Below are positions 23,978 through 40,284 of a stretch of 64,000 nucleotides of DNA, piece after piece. The position numbers and the translations under genes were made by a program. Below the pieces are notes generated by a model. That model did no database searches, was not told the DNA's origin, and worked only from the letters and a program-made list of their open reading frames with translations. The stretch lies in NCBI RefSeq assembly GCF_009914755.1, contig NC_060932.1; one strand, written 5' to 3'. Every line of letters starts with the position of its first letter. Position 1 is the stretch's first letter. This stretch comes from the human T2T-CHM13v2.0 reference genome, Homo sapiens.

Positions 23978-25799
23978 GGCTCGGGGGCTCTGCCTGCACC
24001 TGGAGAAGAGGAAGGATACGGCCCGAGCGGCCTCTCGGTGGAGCTGGGGCGTCTGAGCGCGGGCTCGGTGGGTCCGCGCGGCGCGGAGCTGGGTATAGGG
24101 GCCGGCGCGGGCTCCTCCGCGGGCCGCGCCTGGCTCTCTGGCGCCCTCTTCTGGCCGCTCTCGCGCACCTCCGCCACGCCGGGCCCAGGCCTGCGTAGCT
24201 CTCACATGTCCTGGCCCAGGAGGTCGCTGTCCCTTGCCCATGGACAGGCCCGCTCTGGCAATGCCCTGCACCTCCTCCCCGCCCCGGCCAGGTTGCACCC
24301 CGATGGTCTCCCTGCTCAAGGAGGAGAGAAGAGAAGGGACGCCACTAGAGGGTGGACATCGGCCACAGCCACCTTGTCTTTGCTCTTACCCTGTGTCTTC
24401 CAAGATTTGGAGGTGGTGGGAAACCCGAGGCTGCTCAAAACTCGTGGAGAATTCCTCCTGCAGGATGACATGAATGCACCTTCCCATTGCCTACCAACAG
24501 ATCTTTTTTGAGCATCACTGTGGACCAGTCGTGGTGATGGGGGAGGGGATATTGTGGAGAACATGACAGGCATTGCCTTCACCCAGTGGGGCTCAGCTCT
24601 GGGTGGGAAGGCATTGAGAATGGACATTGTCAATTCGGCCAAAGGAGGCCAAGGAGAAGTGCTGGGGGCATGGGAACTGAAAAAGAGAGGAGGCTCAGCA
24701 CATCTTTGAGCTGGGAGAGGGACAGCAGCAGCGGCTTTTCCAAAGGAAGCAACAGCTGAGAGAGGTCTCAGAGAGTTGTTCTCAGCCCAGTGGAGGGTGT
24801 TCAGGCAGAGGGAACAGCGTGTGCAAAAGCCCAGAGGCTAGGAAAGAAGCAGAAAGAGGACTGTGGGGCTGGAGCATGGTGGGCAAGGGGAGGAAGGTGT
24901 GGTGGGCAGACAGATTGCCTGGGACCCAGCCGTGCAGGGGCAGAGGAGATACGGGATCCTTGCAGGCCCCCAGCCGGGGCTCAGGCACAGAGACAGTGCA
25001 GGTGGGCAAAGGGAGGAGACGTGGAGAAATATTTTGGAGGCATGCCCTGATGAATGAGCCCAGGATGCACCCTTAGTGTCAGTGTGGAGCTCCTTCCTTG
25101 ACTGTGTGATTAGCTGAACTCGGGGGTATTTTCTGGACATTGAGGTGCTACACCAAGAGCCCAGGACAGGCTAAGTGAGCACTAGCAGCTCCTGGCCCAC
25201 CTCAAAAGCAGGAGAGACAGGGGAGACTGAGGAGGCCGGGGCGGAAGGGGAAGCCAGGAAGGTAGGAGAGGCCAGGGAAGCAGAGGAGGCCTGGGAGGCA
25301 ATGGAGGCAGGAGAGGCTGGGGAGGTTATGTCCTTTCCATGATTCTGCCCTCGATCCTAGGACCCTGAACTCCCTGAGCTTCCCCACCCCAAGCGCTGGA
25401 ACCAGGTTGCACAATGGTCTCCCCACTAAGCTCCTGATGGCAGCCCCTACCCTGCTGTGCTCCCTGTTTCAACCCTAACAGCTCTCACAGTGGGCAGCAC
25501 ATAGTAGGTGCTCAGGAAACACTGGTGGGAGAGCACGTGGGTCTGCTCAGCACCTTCCTCTCTCCTCCAGCTCTCCCCTGTCACGAAATAATTCTGATAA
25601 CGACACATGGACTTTGAGACCCTCTTCTATTACTTTCCATATGCTAATCCATCTATACCTCACAGCAGCCCTGGGGGTGGGTGCAATGAGGATGCCCATT
25701 TTATAGAGGAGGAGACTGAGGTATAAAGAGGGTAAGTGACATACGCACACTACAGGGGCTGGGGCCAAGTGATCAGAGCACTCAATCCCCAAAGGCAAG

Positions 25800-26360
25800 G
25801 TGGATGCAGTTACCATAAAAGACAGCAGAGTCAAAGCTGCAACCAGAATAGCCTGACTCGCAGCGACCTATGGTGCCTGTTGATCCTGGCTTTCCTAGAA
25901 GTGAAATAGATAAGAAGCCTGCCACATTTTTACTGGAACTGTGTTTGCAGAAGTGTTCTAGGTCAAGTGAGCAGAAGTCTAATCTGATTAATAAAAACAG
26001 AGTCACAGTCCCCGGTCAATTTCCAGACATAAGCCAGTTCACAGACCTGGAGTCCCTTGTGTGAATGGGAAGCCAGGTCCCCTCCAGAAAGGACTCTGCT
26101 ACACTGCCAAAAATTTATACTGTCAATCTTTCTCCCAGCCTGCTCCCAAGGGAATAAACAGCCTTTTGCTAGGATGACTGAACAGGAGAAAAGGAACTAA
26201 TGGGACCTGTGCAGGATCACTGGACAGAGGCTCTGAACTGGCACTAGGATGAGACTAGGGTCTACCAGTCAGAATAGGCATTTTGAAGGTCAGGTGAATG
26301 TTGGTGCAAGTTCATGACACGGTAGGTCCATTGGGTCCCCAAATCCATCCTCTGGTTATA
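25800..26360 (+). mobile_element. ERVL (HERV-L-like) internal fragment, gag-protease region (second copy ~31935-32495)
   Basis: ctggacagaggctctgaactggcact resembles the ERVL protease motif LDTGSELTL; accagtcagaatagg...ggtcaggtg...gggtccccaaatccatcctctggttat resembles HERVL-int. Confidence 0.6.
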
Positions 26361-26747
26361 TACAAAGCGGCAATGCTGAGATTCAAATTCAGGGCATCCA
26401 ACATAGAGGCTGGGCTCTTACTCATGAAACATTCTGACACTAGTAACCAATTTAAAAATGTAAACACCTCCTGGGGCTAGTGAGAGTCCTCCAAACAGTC
26501 ATGTAAATTGGTTCTGTCAAGGATTTCCTCCCACCCACTGCTGAGAGCCAGTTGCAAGGAGAGACTAGGGAAGGGCATTGGGTAACTTTGTTGCTAAAAG
26601 CTCTTCTGGATAAAGACAGTTGGGAAAAGAAGCAAATAGATTTCAGCAGAAGAGGTAAGAAAGTAAGTTTATGTTTGGCCAGGCACGGTGGCTCACGCCT
26701 GTAATCCCAGCACTTGGGAAGGCCGAGGCGGGCAGATCACGAGGTCA

Positions 26748-27008
<261 letters not shown>

Positions 27009-28743
27009 TTATTATCTCGGTGAATCCCATATAACCTTCCTATCAAAGTGTATCTCATTTATCTCCATTTTATAGATGAGAAAACTGAGGCCCCTGGAGT
27101 AGTATTAATTTTCCAAGACCGCATTGCTCATAAAGGGTACAGCAGGGACCCAAGCTTGACACTCTCACCCTCAAACATTTCCACAAGTGTAGACCAATGG
27201 CTCTCAACTGGGGTGGTTTTGCTCACGTACCGCTCCCTTGCCCCACATTATTTGAAACCATCTGGAGACGTCTGGGGTAGCCATAGCAGGGAAGGTAGAA
27301 TGGCACCTAGAGGATGGAGACCACAGATGCTGCTAACCATCCTTCAATACACAGGACAGCCCCACCACCAGCACCACGAATGGTCTCACCACAAATATTC
27401 TGACTGTGCCAAAGCTGAGAAACCCAGGTTTCTCCTCAGCAAAAAGGAAAATCCCTGCAACGTGGATGCACCTCTACAGGAGCCCCAGGCTGACAATAAC
27501 CTTCCTGATCTGGTTTCAACCCTGGATGCTTTTACCTGGTGCGTCCATCAGGGATTTCAGGGACTCCAGTGAGTTATCACCCTTGAATGCTCGGTTCTGC
27601 CTGACAACCCAGAAATCTCTGCCGAGGTGCCTGGTCTTGCGGAAGACTCAGCAAGTGGTTGAGGTGGACAACCAAATACCTAGGAGAGACTTTTCTCTCC
27701 CTCCAGGAAGAGCTGTGGGTCAGACACACACTGGGATCATTCACAAGCGGTCAATAAAGGCTTGAGGAGGGGCAGATTTTCTAGGCCTTCTCAATGGGGT
27801 GGGTGTTTGTGGATACACAAGAAGCCTGTGAAACTTCTGATATTGGGAGGAAATCAATGTCCCCATCCTCCCCCACCTCCCCACCATAAACACATGCCCT
27901 GCAGCAGGACTTGACACTCAAGGGCTCCTGGGGTCCCGATTAATCTGCTAAAACATCCTCTAGCCACCACCGAATAAAGCAACCGCTTGCCACCCAACCA
28001 CAAGAGCACAGCCTGGGAGCCACTCCAAGGGACATCCAGTCACATTAAAACCTCAGCCATCCAGAGCACCAGGCCTGGTGATGAGAAAGAACATTTTATC
28101 CTTAAAAACATCTGAATGCCCATGCTGCTTCTTGCAGAGAAAAGTCCAAAATAATCTGTTATTAAAGAACGAGGATGGTTTTGACATTTTTACCAAGCTA
28201 GTGGTCTACGCAGACAAAATCTCATAAAAGGGCACTCTGTTCTTCTTGATCCACTCAGACATGGCCTGTGAGTGAAGAAACGGGCTCTCCTCCTCAAAGA
28301 AATCACTGCTGATCCTCGTACCAGCCTGACACTGCTTCATGGGTTCTTCAAAGAGAGTATTCCCATAGGAACTAAAAGGGAAGAGGAATGTGTCTGGCGG
28401 GCATTGTGGGCAGCAGTGAGCTTTGGGCCAAATTTTAAGTTTGAAAATCAAGATTCCCTCTTTTCAAGGGGCTGCCGGACTGAGCAGATACAGGCACCAT
28501 GAAAAGAGGGTGCCATGTTCAGATTCAGGAAACAAGGATGGTTTCTATTCAGTTCATCCATCATCCTTCAGGTCATGCTATTCCCATTTCCCTCTGTGGA
28601 CCAAAAAATTCAGCGGGGTTTCTGCCTTTTAAACATTTCATTATCAACATATCATCCTTTTAGCCTCCAGAAAGCATTTTAACATGGAGATTCTGGCTTA
28701 AGACTCTTGTGGGTCTGTCTGTCTCTCTCTCTCTTTTCCTTGA

Positions 28744-29100
<357 letters not shown>

Positions 29101-29779
29101 TAGTCTTAAGTCCCACTTATCCACCATACACTATGTGCCAGGCACAACGCTAAGTGCTTCTATGGACGAGCTTCCCTTAATCTCAGCAGCAACAACCCCA
29201 GGCAATGGAGCCTGTTGACAGATCCATTTGCCACTGAAGACAGTAAGGCTCAGACAGGGTAAGTGGCTTGTGCCATGTCAGCCAGCTAAGGAGGGGCAGA
29301 ACCAGGATGCAAACCCCAGCCGCCTGGCTCCAGAATCGCATTCCCAAGGTCTCACTACACTTGGCCTCTCCACCGCATTCTGGTATCCTGGTCTTCGGCA
29401 GAGTCCACGTAAAAGAGGGAGGTAGAGGGAGTGAGAGGGACTTCATGCAATAAAGTTTCCCGGCGTTACACTGCCACCATAATTGTGTCCCCGACCAGGA
29501 CCTCTCCCTTCTCATCCTTTCCGTGATCGGCCCTGGAAAACCTTCCAAAGAACTGTCCTCCTTCTCCCGGGATCTCAGAGAAAATTCACCTGAGTTCAGT
29601 GTCCAGGTGACCCAAGCTCTGAATGCGGTAACGTGGACGGGGAGATGAGGATGTCACCATGAGCAAGCCTCCCAGACAGCATCCAGGAGCAACCCCAAGA
29701 CTGGGCGGAGGGGCTCTGATCCTGCCCATGGCGAGGAGGGCTGCCCATGCTGCCTAAATGGGTTCAGAATGAAGGCTGC

Positions 29780-30460
29780 ACTCCCAACTTCAACCCGGGG
29801 ACGGCCACGGAGCCTCCCGACGCCCCTTCGTCGCGTCCCCGGCACCCCCGCGCCCCTGGCACTCCCGGACCCCCGCGCCCGCGTCACTTACTCCTTTGCC
29901 GTCGCCACCGGTCTGGGTGCCGGTCTCCTTCGTGCCCGGCAGCGGCGGGTCCTCCCTGTCCTCGCAGTCCTCGGGCTGTGCGCTTCCCCCCTCCAGCTAC
30001 AGCCCCAGCCTCTTCTCTTCGGGAGGGACGTCCTCCTCCTCCTCCCTTCTGGGCCGGCCATCCCTGCCTCGGGGCTTGCCAGTGGCTTCGGAGCTGCTGG
30101 AAGGGCTGGCCATGGCTCCGGGGACTCTGCCTGAACTTGGGGAAGAGAAAGGACACGGCGCGAGCGGCCTCTCGGCGGAGCTGGGGCGTCTGAGCGCGGG
30201 CTCGGTGGGTCCGCGTGGCGCGGAGCTGGGTATCGGGGCCGGTGCGGGCTCCTCCGCGGGCGGCTCCTGGCACTCTGGCGCCCTCTTCTGGCCGCTCTCG
30301 CGCACCTCCGCCACGCCGGGCCCAGGCCTGCGTAGCTCTCACATGTCCTGGCCCAGGAGGTCGCTGTCCCTTGCCCATGGACAGGCCCGCTCTGGCAATG
30401 CCCTGCACCTCCTCCCCGCCCCGGCCAGGTTGCACCCCGATGGTCTCCCTGCTCAAGGAG
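29780..30460. promoter_or_regulatory. CpG island copy 2 with paralogous first exon (ATG 30113, donor after 29892, minus strand)
   Basis: Paralog of 23680-24320. Confidence 0.8.
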
Positions 30461-32933
30461 GAGAGAAGAGAAGGGACGCCACGAGAGGGTGGACATCGGC
30501 CACAGCCACCTTGTCTTTGCTCTTACCCTGTTTCTTCCATGATTTGGAGGTGGTGGGAAAACCGAGGCTGCTCAAAACTCGTGGAGAATTCCTCCTGCAG
30601 GATGACATGAATGCACCTTCCCATTGCCTACCAACAGATCTTTTTTGAGCATCACTGTGGACCAGTCGTGGTGATGGGGGAGGGGATATTGTGGAGAACA
30701 TGACAGGCATTGCCTTCACCCAGTGGGGCTCAGCTCTGGGTGGGAAGGCATTGAGAATGGACATTGTCAACTGGGCCAAAGGAGGCCAAGGAGAAGTGCT
30801 GGGGGCATGGGAACTGAAAAAGAGAGGAGGCTCAGCACGTCTTTGAGCTGGGAGAGGGACAGCAGCAGCGGCTTTTCCAAAGGAAGCAACAGCTGAGAGA
30901 GGTCTCAGAGAGTTGTTCTCAGCCCAGTGGAGGGTGTTCAGGCAGAAGGAACAGCGTGTGCAAAAGCCCAGAGGCTGGGAAAGAAGCAGAAAGAGGACTG
31001 TGGGGCTGGAGCGTGGTGGGCAACAGGAGAGAGGTGTGGTGGGCAGACAGATTGTCTGGGACCCAGCCGTGCAGGGGCAGAGGAGATAGAGGATCCTTGC
31101 AGGCCCCCAGCTGGGGCTGACGCACAGAGACAATGCAGGTGGGCAAAGGGAGGAGACATGGAGAAATATTTTGGAGGCATGCCCTGATGAATGAGCCCAT
31201 GATGCACCCTTAGTGTCAGTGTGGAGCTCCTTTCTTGGCTGTGTGATAAGCTGAACCCGGGGGTATTTTCTGGACATCGAAGTGCTACACCCAGAGTCCA
31301 GGACAGGCTAAGTGAGCACCAGCAGCTCCTGGCCCACCTCAAAAGCAGGAAAGACAGGGGAGACTGAGGAGGCCGGGGCGGAAGGGGAAGCCAGGAAGGC
31401 AGGAGAGGCCAGGGAACAGAGGAGGTCAGGGAGGCAGGGGAGGCAGGGGAGGCTGGGGCGGCTGTGTCCTTTCCATGATTCTGCCCTGGATCCTAGGCCC
31501 CCGTACTCCCTGACCTTCCCCACCCCAAGCACTGTAACCATGTTGCACAACGGTTTCCCCACTAAGCTCCTAATGGCAGCTCCTATCCTGCTGTGCTCCC
31601 TTTTTCAACCCTAACAGCTCTCACAGTGGGCAGCACATAGTAGGTGTTCAGGAAACACTGGTGGGAGAGCACGTGGGTCTGCTCAGCACCTTCCTCTCTC
31701 CTCCAGCTCTCCCCATCATGAAATAATTCTGATAACGACACATGGGCTTTGAGACCCTCTTCTATTACTTTCCATATGCTAATCCATCTATACCTCACAG
31801 CAGCCCTGGGGGTGGGTGCAATGAGGATGCCCATTTTATAGAGGAGGAGACTGAGGTATAAAGAGGGTAAGTGACATACGCACACTACAGGGGCTGGGGC
31901 CAAGTGATCAGAGCACTCAATCCCCAAAGGCAAGGTGGATGCAGTTACCATAAAAGACAGCAGAGTCAAAGCTGCAACCAGAATAGCCTGACTCGCAGAG
32001 ACCTATGGTGCCTGCTGATCCTGGCTTTCCTAGAACTGAAATAGATAAGAAGCCTGCCACATTTTTACTGGATCTGTGTTTGCAGAAGAATTCTAGGTCA
32101 GGTGAGCAGAAGTCTAATCTGAATCATAAAAACAGAGTCACAGTCCCCCGTCAATTCCCAGACATAAGCCAGTTCACAGACCTGGAGTCCCTTGTGTGAA
32201 TGGGAAGCCAGGTCCCCTCCAGAAAGGACTCTGCTACACTGCCAAAAATTTATACTGTCAATCTTTCTCCCAGCCTGGCCCCAAGGGAATACACAGCCTT
32301 TACCGGGATGACTGAATAGGAGAAAAGGAACTAATGGGACCTGTGCAAGACCACTGGACACAGGCTCTGAACTGGCACTAGGGCGAGACTAGGGTCTACC
32401 AGTCAGAATAGGCATTTTGGAGGTCAGGTGAATGTTGGTCCAAGTTCATGTCATGGTAGATCCATTGGGTCCCCAAATCCATCCTCTGCTTATATACAAA
32501 ATGGCCATGTTGAAACTTAAATTCAGGGTATCCAACTTAGAGGCTGTGCTCTTACTCATGAAACATTCTGACACTAGTAACCAATTTCAAAATGTAAACA
32601 CCTCCTGGGGCTAGTGAGAGTCCTCCAAACAGTCATGTAAATTGGTTCTGTCAAGGATTTCCTCCTACCCACCACCCCCACCACTGAGAACCAGTTGCAA
32701 GGAGAGACTAGGGAAGGGCATTGGGTAACTTTGTTGCTAAAAGTTCTTCTGGATAAACAAGAGCCTTATCCAGGAAAAAGAAACAAAATAGAGTTTCAGC
32801 AGAAGTTGCGAAAAGAAGCACATAGAGTTCAGCAGAAGAGGTAAGAAAGTAAGTTTATGTTTGACCAGGCACGGTGGCTCACGCCTGTAATCCTAGCACT
32901 TTGGGAAGCCAAGGCGGGCAGATCACGAGGTCA

Positions 32934-33272
<339 letters not shown>

Positions 33273-33361
33273 TCACTCCTGGCCGGCTGAGCCACTTTTC
33301 AAAACACCCTTGCACGGCTGTGCAGAGAGGCTGGCTCCACTGGCAGCCGGCAGAGCCATAA

Positions 33362-33695
<334 letters not shown>

Positions 33696-34444
33696 TGGTA
33701 AGCACTTTTAATCAATGCAACAGGAATAAACATTTGCTGCAGAGCGGCAATGTGCAGGAAAGAACATGCTTCCACTTAGGATCAGAAAGCAAAACCTCCT
33801 GGCTGTTTGCATCTATGCAAGAGCTCACAGGAAAAGCCCTCTGTGTGGCTGCCAGCCTCACACACTCCCCCCAAGGGGTGAGTTTCTCTTTCCATGTTAA
33901 TCTATGCTCTGACGTGCCATCTGTCAACCACCACACCATTCTCAGTTGACATTTCAAAGCATCTTTGCCCTGAGAATGGTCACCAGCCCTGCCCTGCAAG
34001 CCCCCAGGTGACAATGAACTTAAATGAGAGAGAAAACAGGTTTCGAGGTGGATTTCAGTTCAGCATCTTGGAGTCTCTGTGTGGACATGAAATCTGTCTC
34101 CCCAGCTGTGGACTGAATCCTTGTTTGTCATCTGGTTTGGTTCTTGGGGACTTGGAAACTCGTAGGCACCTTTGCAATTTGTCAAGAAGCTGCACGGCCC
34201 TTCCAACAAAAGCAAGGAATAGGAACAGAAGCCCAAGGCTTCAGATCAAGGTGCAATTTAAAGCAGCCTCAGTATAAAAGCAAACAAGAGCCAGAGGGAT
34301 GCCTAACGCAGAGTCTAGACCCCAGGGCAGCTATAAGGCAAAGAGAAAGAGAGAGAGAGACAGAGACAGAAAGACAGAGAGAGATGGGAGGAGACATGAG
34401 GCACCCAGGCATCTGGATCAAAATCCCTACAAGAGGGGCCTCCT

Positions 34445-35580
<1,136 letters not shown>

Positions 35581-35619
35581 CTCGGAGGTGGGTGGGCATG
35601 CAATCTATATCAGGTGGTG

Positions 35620-36270
35620 AGAAATCCTTCTCCACCACAGGACTCCTCAGTTGAAGACTAGAAAATGGTAGGAACTAGCCAGGTTGATAGGAGAGGTGTG
35701 GAAGATCATTCCCAGCAGAGGGAAGAGCATGTGTAAAAATCGAGACGTGGAGGGTGAGGAGCTGAGAGATGTTCATATAATTGTAAAAAGTGACTAATAT
35801 AGAGGTAAGTTGGAGCCAAATCTTAAAGGCTCTTTGTCGTGTCTATCCTGTAGACAAAGGGAGACAGTAGATGTTTTTATGCAGGGGAGTAATGATCCAC
35901 TTTGTGCTAGAAGAAGAGTAGTCTGGCTGGAGGAGAGTGGGTGGTGAGTAGACCAGGTAGGAGGCTGCAATACGCCAAGTGAGACAAGATGGTTGGCTGG
36001 ACCAAGGCTGTGGCAGTGAGGATGGAGAGGAGACAGTAGACTAACTTGACTGAGAAAGAGGGAGGAATGAAGGAGGAGGCCCAGGTGATTTGGAAGCTGG
36101 GTGGATGGTGGTGTGAATCTGACGTGGTGAGCCCTGGCAGAAGAGGAAATCAGGAGAGGAAAGGTAAGATGAGGTCAATGCAAGACAGACAGCCAAGTGG
36201 AGATAACAACTGGGCAGCTGGATTCATCAGCCTGGAGTTATACAGAGAGCTCTGGAATGGAAATAAAGAG
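35620..36270. mobile_element. Degenerate L2-like fragments
   Basis: attcccagcagagggaagagcatgtgtaaaa; agaccaggtaggaggctgcaata...gtgagacaagatggttggctggaccaaggctgtggcagtgagg. Confidence 0.55.
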
Positions 36271-37551
36271 GAAAGGACTTTGGGAATAGGTGAATCCTCC
36301 CAGAATAATGTGTAAGAAAGGAGAATAGAACACAGGGGACAGAAAAAGGGAAGAGATTTGTTATTAAAACCAACCATCCATCAGACATCTTCCAATAAAA
36401 CACTTGTTAGAGGTTTCCTCAGTGTGAGTTATTCAGGACCAGAGCTAAAGACCATATTCCCAATAAAATAACTGCTGGGAAGGTCTTCATGAAAATATTT
36501 AATGCTGCTTTTAAAACAACAACAATAAAAAGGCTTTAGCTACTGCACAGACCCTGGAGCAATTTTTCAGCAAGTGTCTATCAAACACGAATCTGATCTG
36601 ACTCAAGGAGGTGTCATATCAAGTGTAAAAATCCAATTCCAATGTCCATAAGAGCCTTTCTGCCAGGTACAAGACCCTAATCCAGTTGAAGTGATTTTCT
36701 ATTGATTAATAGGCTGGGAATACACAGGTTGTTGGTTTTTGAGATTTCCCTCCCTGTGCCTTCATGCCAGCTGTGAAAGAGTCAAAAGGCTCCTAACTGT
36801 CAAAATAAAAATGACACTTGGTCACAGAGGAAGCAGATTATAGGTCAATCACATTGATGACTTTTTAACTATGAGAAGCCATTAATGTTACTGAATAAGC
36901 AAATCTGTTTGCATAAGCAGATTTTTATAGGCTACTGGGAATAAAGGTTTTCCTAAGTGGGTGATTTGTACAACGATAGCCTTTGGGTCTCTGATGGAAC
37001 AGCTCTGACGAGGAAATGTTCCTTTAATTATGTGGAAGGCCAATTACCACGTTATAGCCACATTGTTTTGCAGATTGCATATAATTTCACCATTTCCATA
37101 GCTTCAGCACGATAATTCTGGAGAAAATTCAGGCACCAAGGAGACACTTGAGGCACACTATGCTGGAGACAGATGTTTTAGCGAATTCAGTTTAAGCTTC
37201 AACATTAAAGTTATTTTGTTGAATAAAACATAATGCAATAATGAGCTTGTGTATGTCAACTCTATAGTGCAGGTAATAATAGCTAGAGAGAGCATGTCCC
37301 GTCTCCTCTTTTTAATGCTCATTTGAGTAATACATAATGCTATAGAGAGAACTTTTCTCTAATATGTGCTTCACCTCAGGCTAAGCGTGTTTTGGGCAAC
37401 TGTGCTTCATGAAAAAAAAGGTAAAGGATCTAATTTGGGAGCCACTCACAAAAGTGCTACCACTTGATGTTTTTTTATACTCTGAGATTTCTTATTCCCA
37501 GTGCCTACCAGGAATGGACTTTCTGGAGAAGCTCAGATTAATCACTCCTTA

Positions 37552-38946
37552 TGAGAGGTAACAGCGTGCTGGCAGCCCTCACAGCCCTCGTTCACTCTCG
37601 GCACCTCCTCTGCCTGGGCTCCCACTTTGGCAGCACTTGAGGAGCCCTTCAGCCCACGGCTGCACGGTGGGAGCCCCTTTCTGGGCTGGCCAAGGTCAGA
37701 GCTGGCTCCCTCAGCTTGCAGGGAGGCATGGAGGGAGAGGCATGAGCTGGAACTGGGGCTACGTGTGCTGCTTGCCTGCCGGCTGGAGTTCTGGATGGGC
37801 GTGGGCTTGGTGGCCCTGCACTAGGAGCTGCCGGCTGGCCTTGCCGGCCCGGGCTGTGAGGGGCTTAGCACCTGGGCCAGCAGCTGCTGTGCTCGACTTC
37901 TCACTGGGCCTTAGCTGCCTCCCTGCAGGGCAGGGCTCGGGACCTGCAGCCCGCCATTCCTTAGCCTCGCCCCTCTGTGGGCTCCTGTACGGCCCAAGCC
38001 TCCCCGATGAGCACCGCCCCCTGCTCCATGGCACCCAGTCCCATCGACCACCCAAGGGCTGAGGAGTGTGGGTGCATGGAGAGGGACTGGCAGGCAGCTC
38101 CACCTGCAGCTCCTGTGCTGGGTCCACTGGGTGAAGCCAGCTGGGCTCCTGAGTCTGGTGGGGACTTGTAGAACTTTATGTCTAGGTAAGGGATTGGAAA
38201 TACACCAATTGGCACTCTGTATCTAGCTCAAGGTTTGTAAACACACTAATCAGCACCCTGTGTCTAGCTCAGGGTTTATGAATGCACCAATTGACACTCT
38301 GTATCTAGCTACTAGGGTGGGGACTTGGAGAACCTTTGTGTGGACACTCTGTATCTAGCTAATCTAGTGGGGACGTGGGGAGCATTTGTGTCTAGCTCAG
38401 GGATTGTAAACGCACCAATCAGTGCCCTGTCAAAACAGACCACTCAGGCTCTCTGTAAAATGGACCAATCAGCAGGATGTGGGTGGGGCCAGGTAAGAGA
38501 ATAAAAGCAGGCTGCCCGAGCCAGCAGTGGCAACCCACTGGGGTCCCCTTCCACACTGTGGAAGCTTTGTTCTTTTGCTCTTTGCAATAAATCTTGTTGC
38601 TGCTCACTCTTTGGGTCCACACTGACTTTATGAGCTGTAACACTCACCGAGAAGGTCTGCAGCTTCTCTCCTGAAGCCAGCAAGACCATGAACCCACTGG
38701 GAGAAATGAACAACTCCAGACCTGCAGCCGTAAGAGCTGTAACACTCACCGTGAAGATCTGCAGCTTCACTCCTGAGCCAGCGAGACCACGAGCCCCACC
38801 TGAAGGAAGAAACTTCAAACACATCCGAACATCAGAAGGAACAAACTCCAGACACGCCACCTTTAAGAACTGTAACACTCACCAGGAGGGTCCACAGCTT
38901 CGTTCTTGAAGTCAGTGAGACCAAGAACCCACCAATTCTGGACACA
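37552..38946 (+). mobile_element. Solo LTR12-family (ERV9) LTR with 4-bp TSD CTTA
   Basis: Starts tgagaggtaacagcgtgctggcagccctcacagccctcg; tandem caccaatcagcaccctgtgtctagctc CCAAT repeats; aataaaagcaggctgccc; ends ccaattctggacaca; CTTA at 37548-37551 and 38947-38950. Confidence 0.95.
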
Positions 38947-39369
38947 CTTATACACTTGGCACTGGGAGGTCTGTATGGAGCAAGTGAAGAAATCAGCAGA
39001 GTGAAGATAGAAGGAGAACAACATGATGGGGGAAAGGCAAAGTTAGTGCCACATTGGTTTCAATTCTGCCACTCATGAGTGAGACCCATGACCTCCTCTC
39101 TCTAAGACTCTGTTGTTCTTATCTGTAGAGTGGAGGAATAGAAGGGCCTTTTAAAGTATTAACATTTCCTGACCTATCTGTAAAACACTTTCATTCAAAC
39201 TGATGGGAATCTTGACTGCTTTGCCAAGAGGGCATAATAATCATCAAGCTGAATGCACCAAACAGCATTGCCTGAAACTATCTAAGCAAAATCTGAGAAA
39301 GTTACACAGGACAGACAAACCTCCTATGAGAGTAAGAACTCTTCAGCACATGCTTAGTGTGTCAAAGAC

Positions 39370-39735
39370 AATACTGTGTTCACACCATTCCTCTTCCTGG
39401 ACATGCAGAAAGACTACATTTCCCAGCCTCACTTGCAGTTAGTTTGGAACCATGTGACTGCATTTCCACCAATAGGAATGTAAGAAATCACTTCTGGGCC
39501 AAGGTTATCAAAGTGTGAGCTATGTTCCCTCTCTTCCTATTCATATGGGTACAAGTGAAAAACTCTGAGATGGCAGAATTAAAAGATGGAAACCTGCAGA
39601 ATCTCTGAATCACTGTTGGACAAGGGCCCCCAAGGAGAACCCCTGCCCTGCACCAGACTATGCTATGGGTGTCAACCCACTGAGAGTTCAGGGTTTATTC
39701 GTCTCAGCAGCAGTCTATTGTTACACTGACTAACA
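39370..39735 (+). mobile_element. MLT1-type MaLR LTR
   Basis: agactacatttcccagcctcacttgcagttag...catgtgactg...cactgagagttcagggtttatt...cactgactaaca. Confidence 0.65.
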
Positions 39736-39879
39736 TCCTGAGGTTTGAGAGGTCTAGCATATTGTTAACTGAAGTTAGATTTCAATTACACTGAGAACCT
39801 TATCTATTTAAAAATAAAAACTCTCCTAAAAAAAAAATCCACATTCCTTTTAACCACATGTGGCAAATTTGCAAAAAAA

Positions 39880-40146
39880 AAAAAAAAAAAAAAAAAACTG
39901 GCCACATATTAGGCCATAAAGAAGTCTCAACAAAATGCACTATACGATTGACAGTGTCCAGAGCACATTTTCCTGACCATAATGCCACAAAATTAGAAGT
40001 CAACAGCAAGAAGATAGCTAAACGCAAGCATATATTTGGAAAATTAAAAATATCCTTTCATGAGTTAAATGAAAAATCATAATAGAAATTACTAAACATT
40101 TACAACTGAATGAAAACACAACTTTATATATATATGTATATATATA

Positions 40147-40193
<47 letters not shown>

Positions 40194-40280
40194 GTGAGTC
40201 TTCCAAATTTGTTCTTCTTTTACAAGGTTATTTGGGAAATTCTGGGTCTCCTGCAATTCCTCTTACAGTTTTATGCTGTG
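39880..40280. mobile_element. L1 ORF2 fragments around a (TA)n/poly-T tract (40124-40193)
   Basis: HILGHKEVSTK...FPDHNATKLEVN resembles the L1 endonuclease C-terminus. Confidence 0.65.
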
Positions 40281-40284
40281 TGTC

